The translations under genes and the position numbers were made by a program. The notes below the pieces were generated by a model. The model was not told the origin of the DNA. It did not search any database and saw nothing but the letters and a program-made list of their open reading frames with translations. This document shows positions 63,204 through 64,000 of a DNA stretch of 64,000 bases, piece after piece; within the stretch, counting starts at the first letter, position 1, and every line of letters starts with the position of its first letter. This stretch comes from Bryobacterales bacterium (GTDB taxonomy: Bacteria > Acidobacteriota > Terriglobia > Bryobacterales > Bryobacteraceae). The stretch lies in NCBI GenBank assembly GCA_038229055.1, contig JBBROU010000007.1, forward strand, positions 2,101 through 66,100, in the 5' to 3' direction.

Positions 63204-64000
63204 TGCAGGCCCGTGATGAATTTGTCCATGCGATCGAGCCCGCGTTCCAACTCGCGCATGGAGGTCGCGTAGGAAATCCGAACGTGCTTGTCGGTTCCGA
63301 ACGCCTCGCCCGGAACCACCGCCACGTGCGCCTGTTTCAGCAGCTTCTCTGAAAATTCCAGCGGAGTCGCTACACCGCCCCGGCCCAAAACCTTGCCGAG
63401 GTTCGGGTACGCATAGAACGCGCCTTGGGGAATGGAGCACTCGACACCTGGGATTTTCCGCAGGCGCGCGATAACGAAATCGCGGCGCTTCCGGTACTCG
63501 GCGAGCATGGTCTTCACCGAATCCTGCGGCCCTCGCAACGCCTCAACCGCGGCTTTTTGCGCGATCGACGTCGGGTTCGATGTTGAATGGCTCTGCAGCT
63601 TGGTCATGGCCTGCGCGACGGGTGGCGGCAGCAATCCATAACCGATGCGCCATCCCGTCATGGAGTATGTTTTCGAAACGGTACCCGCGACCAGAACCGT
63701 TTCCTTATAACCCGGAATGGACGCGATGGAAAACGGCTCACCTTCATACAAGAAGTGGCTGTAGCATTCGTCCGTCATCAAGTACACGCCGCGATCCGCC
63801 GCAAGTTTCAGAATCTTCTCGAACTCGCCGCGCGCGACGACCGCACCGCTCGGGTTCGATGGCGAATTGATCATGATCAGGCGTGTCCGGTCGGTCAGAT
63901 GCTTTTCAATCATCGCCGCCGTGAGCGCAAATCCCGCCCCCTCGTCAGTCTCGACGAAGACGCACTTGCCGCCCGCGAAATTCACCACATCCTTGTAAGT
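63200..64000 (-). CDS. class I/II pyridoxal-phosphate aminotransferase (aspartate aminotransferase-like), 5' end beyond window
   Basis: …INSPSNPSGAV…, PLP lysine block GTVSKTYSMTGWRIGY. The reading frame stays open to the window edge. Confidence 0.9.
   Translation of the reverse strand, partial: TYKDVVNFAGGKCVFVETDEGAGFALTAAMIEKHLTDRTRLIMINSPSNPSGAVVARGEFEKILKLAADRGVYLMTDECYSHFLYEGEPFSIASIPGYKETVLVAGTVSKTYSMTGWRIGYGLLPPPVAQAMTKLQSHSTSNPTSIAQKAAVEALRGPQDSVKTMLAEYRKRRDFVIARLRKIPGVECSIPQGAFYAYPNLGKVLGRGGVATPLEFSEKLLKQAHVAVVPGEAFGTDKHVRISYATSMRELERGLDRMDKFITGLQ

Overview
Gene-dense, high-GC bacterial chromosomal window with about 60 supportable CDS. I recognised no rRNA, tRNA, CRISPR array, transposase or integrase. 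Several genes point to Acidobacteriota of the Solibacter/Bryobacter type (inference): a TIGR03437-type 'Solibacter C-terminal' domain protein, a TonB-dependent receptor fronted by a CarboxypepD_reg domain, a secretin-cohesin fusion, and many Tat or Sec signal peptides. Most of the window is core metabolism and envelope: pepA, smpB, lgt, argC-argB-GNAT, plsC, sdhCAB, nuoI, split LigD, class II photolyase, PMI, MscS, and various oxidoreductases and hydrolases. Two accessory modules stand out. (1) 13991-18627 looks lower in GC by eye. It carries a translationally coupled pair, a TIR-TPR protein plus a protein with an NDT/TIR-like Rossmannoid domain and a DUF4071 (ASK/MAP3K-type) TPR region. A polytopic membrane protein with a third TIR-like Rossmannoid module converges on this pair. 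This is my best candidate for an uncharacterised nucleotide/NAD-signalling conflict (anti-phage) system. (2) 24552-29251 is a tightly coupled minus-strand operon: a small Cys-containing protein, a DUF4123 (T6SS adaptor-type) protein, a 742-aa signal-less cargo that starts with about 40 Pro-Thr repeats, and a lipoprotein that may be its immunity protein. No VgrG, PAAR or T6SS core genes are in the window. Lesser curiosities: a decayed DUF3990/ART-like gene; a secretin plus two pseudopilins with no ATPase or platform gene; a GH18-like/CE4/GT2 triple-fusion polysaccharide synthase; a LysW-like zinc ribbon with an extended polyacidic tail that ends in Lys; a frameshifted DUF885 gene; an orphan nuoI; and a perfect 8-6-8 palindrome in an AT-rich intergenic region. 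All family assignments come from reading motifs by eye. None has been checked with HMM or BLAST searches.
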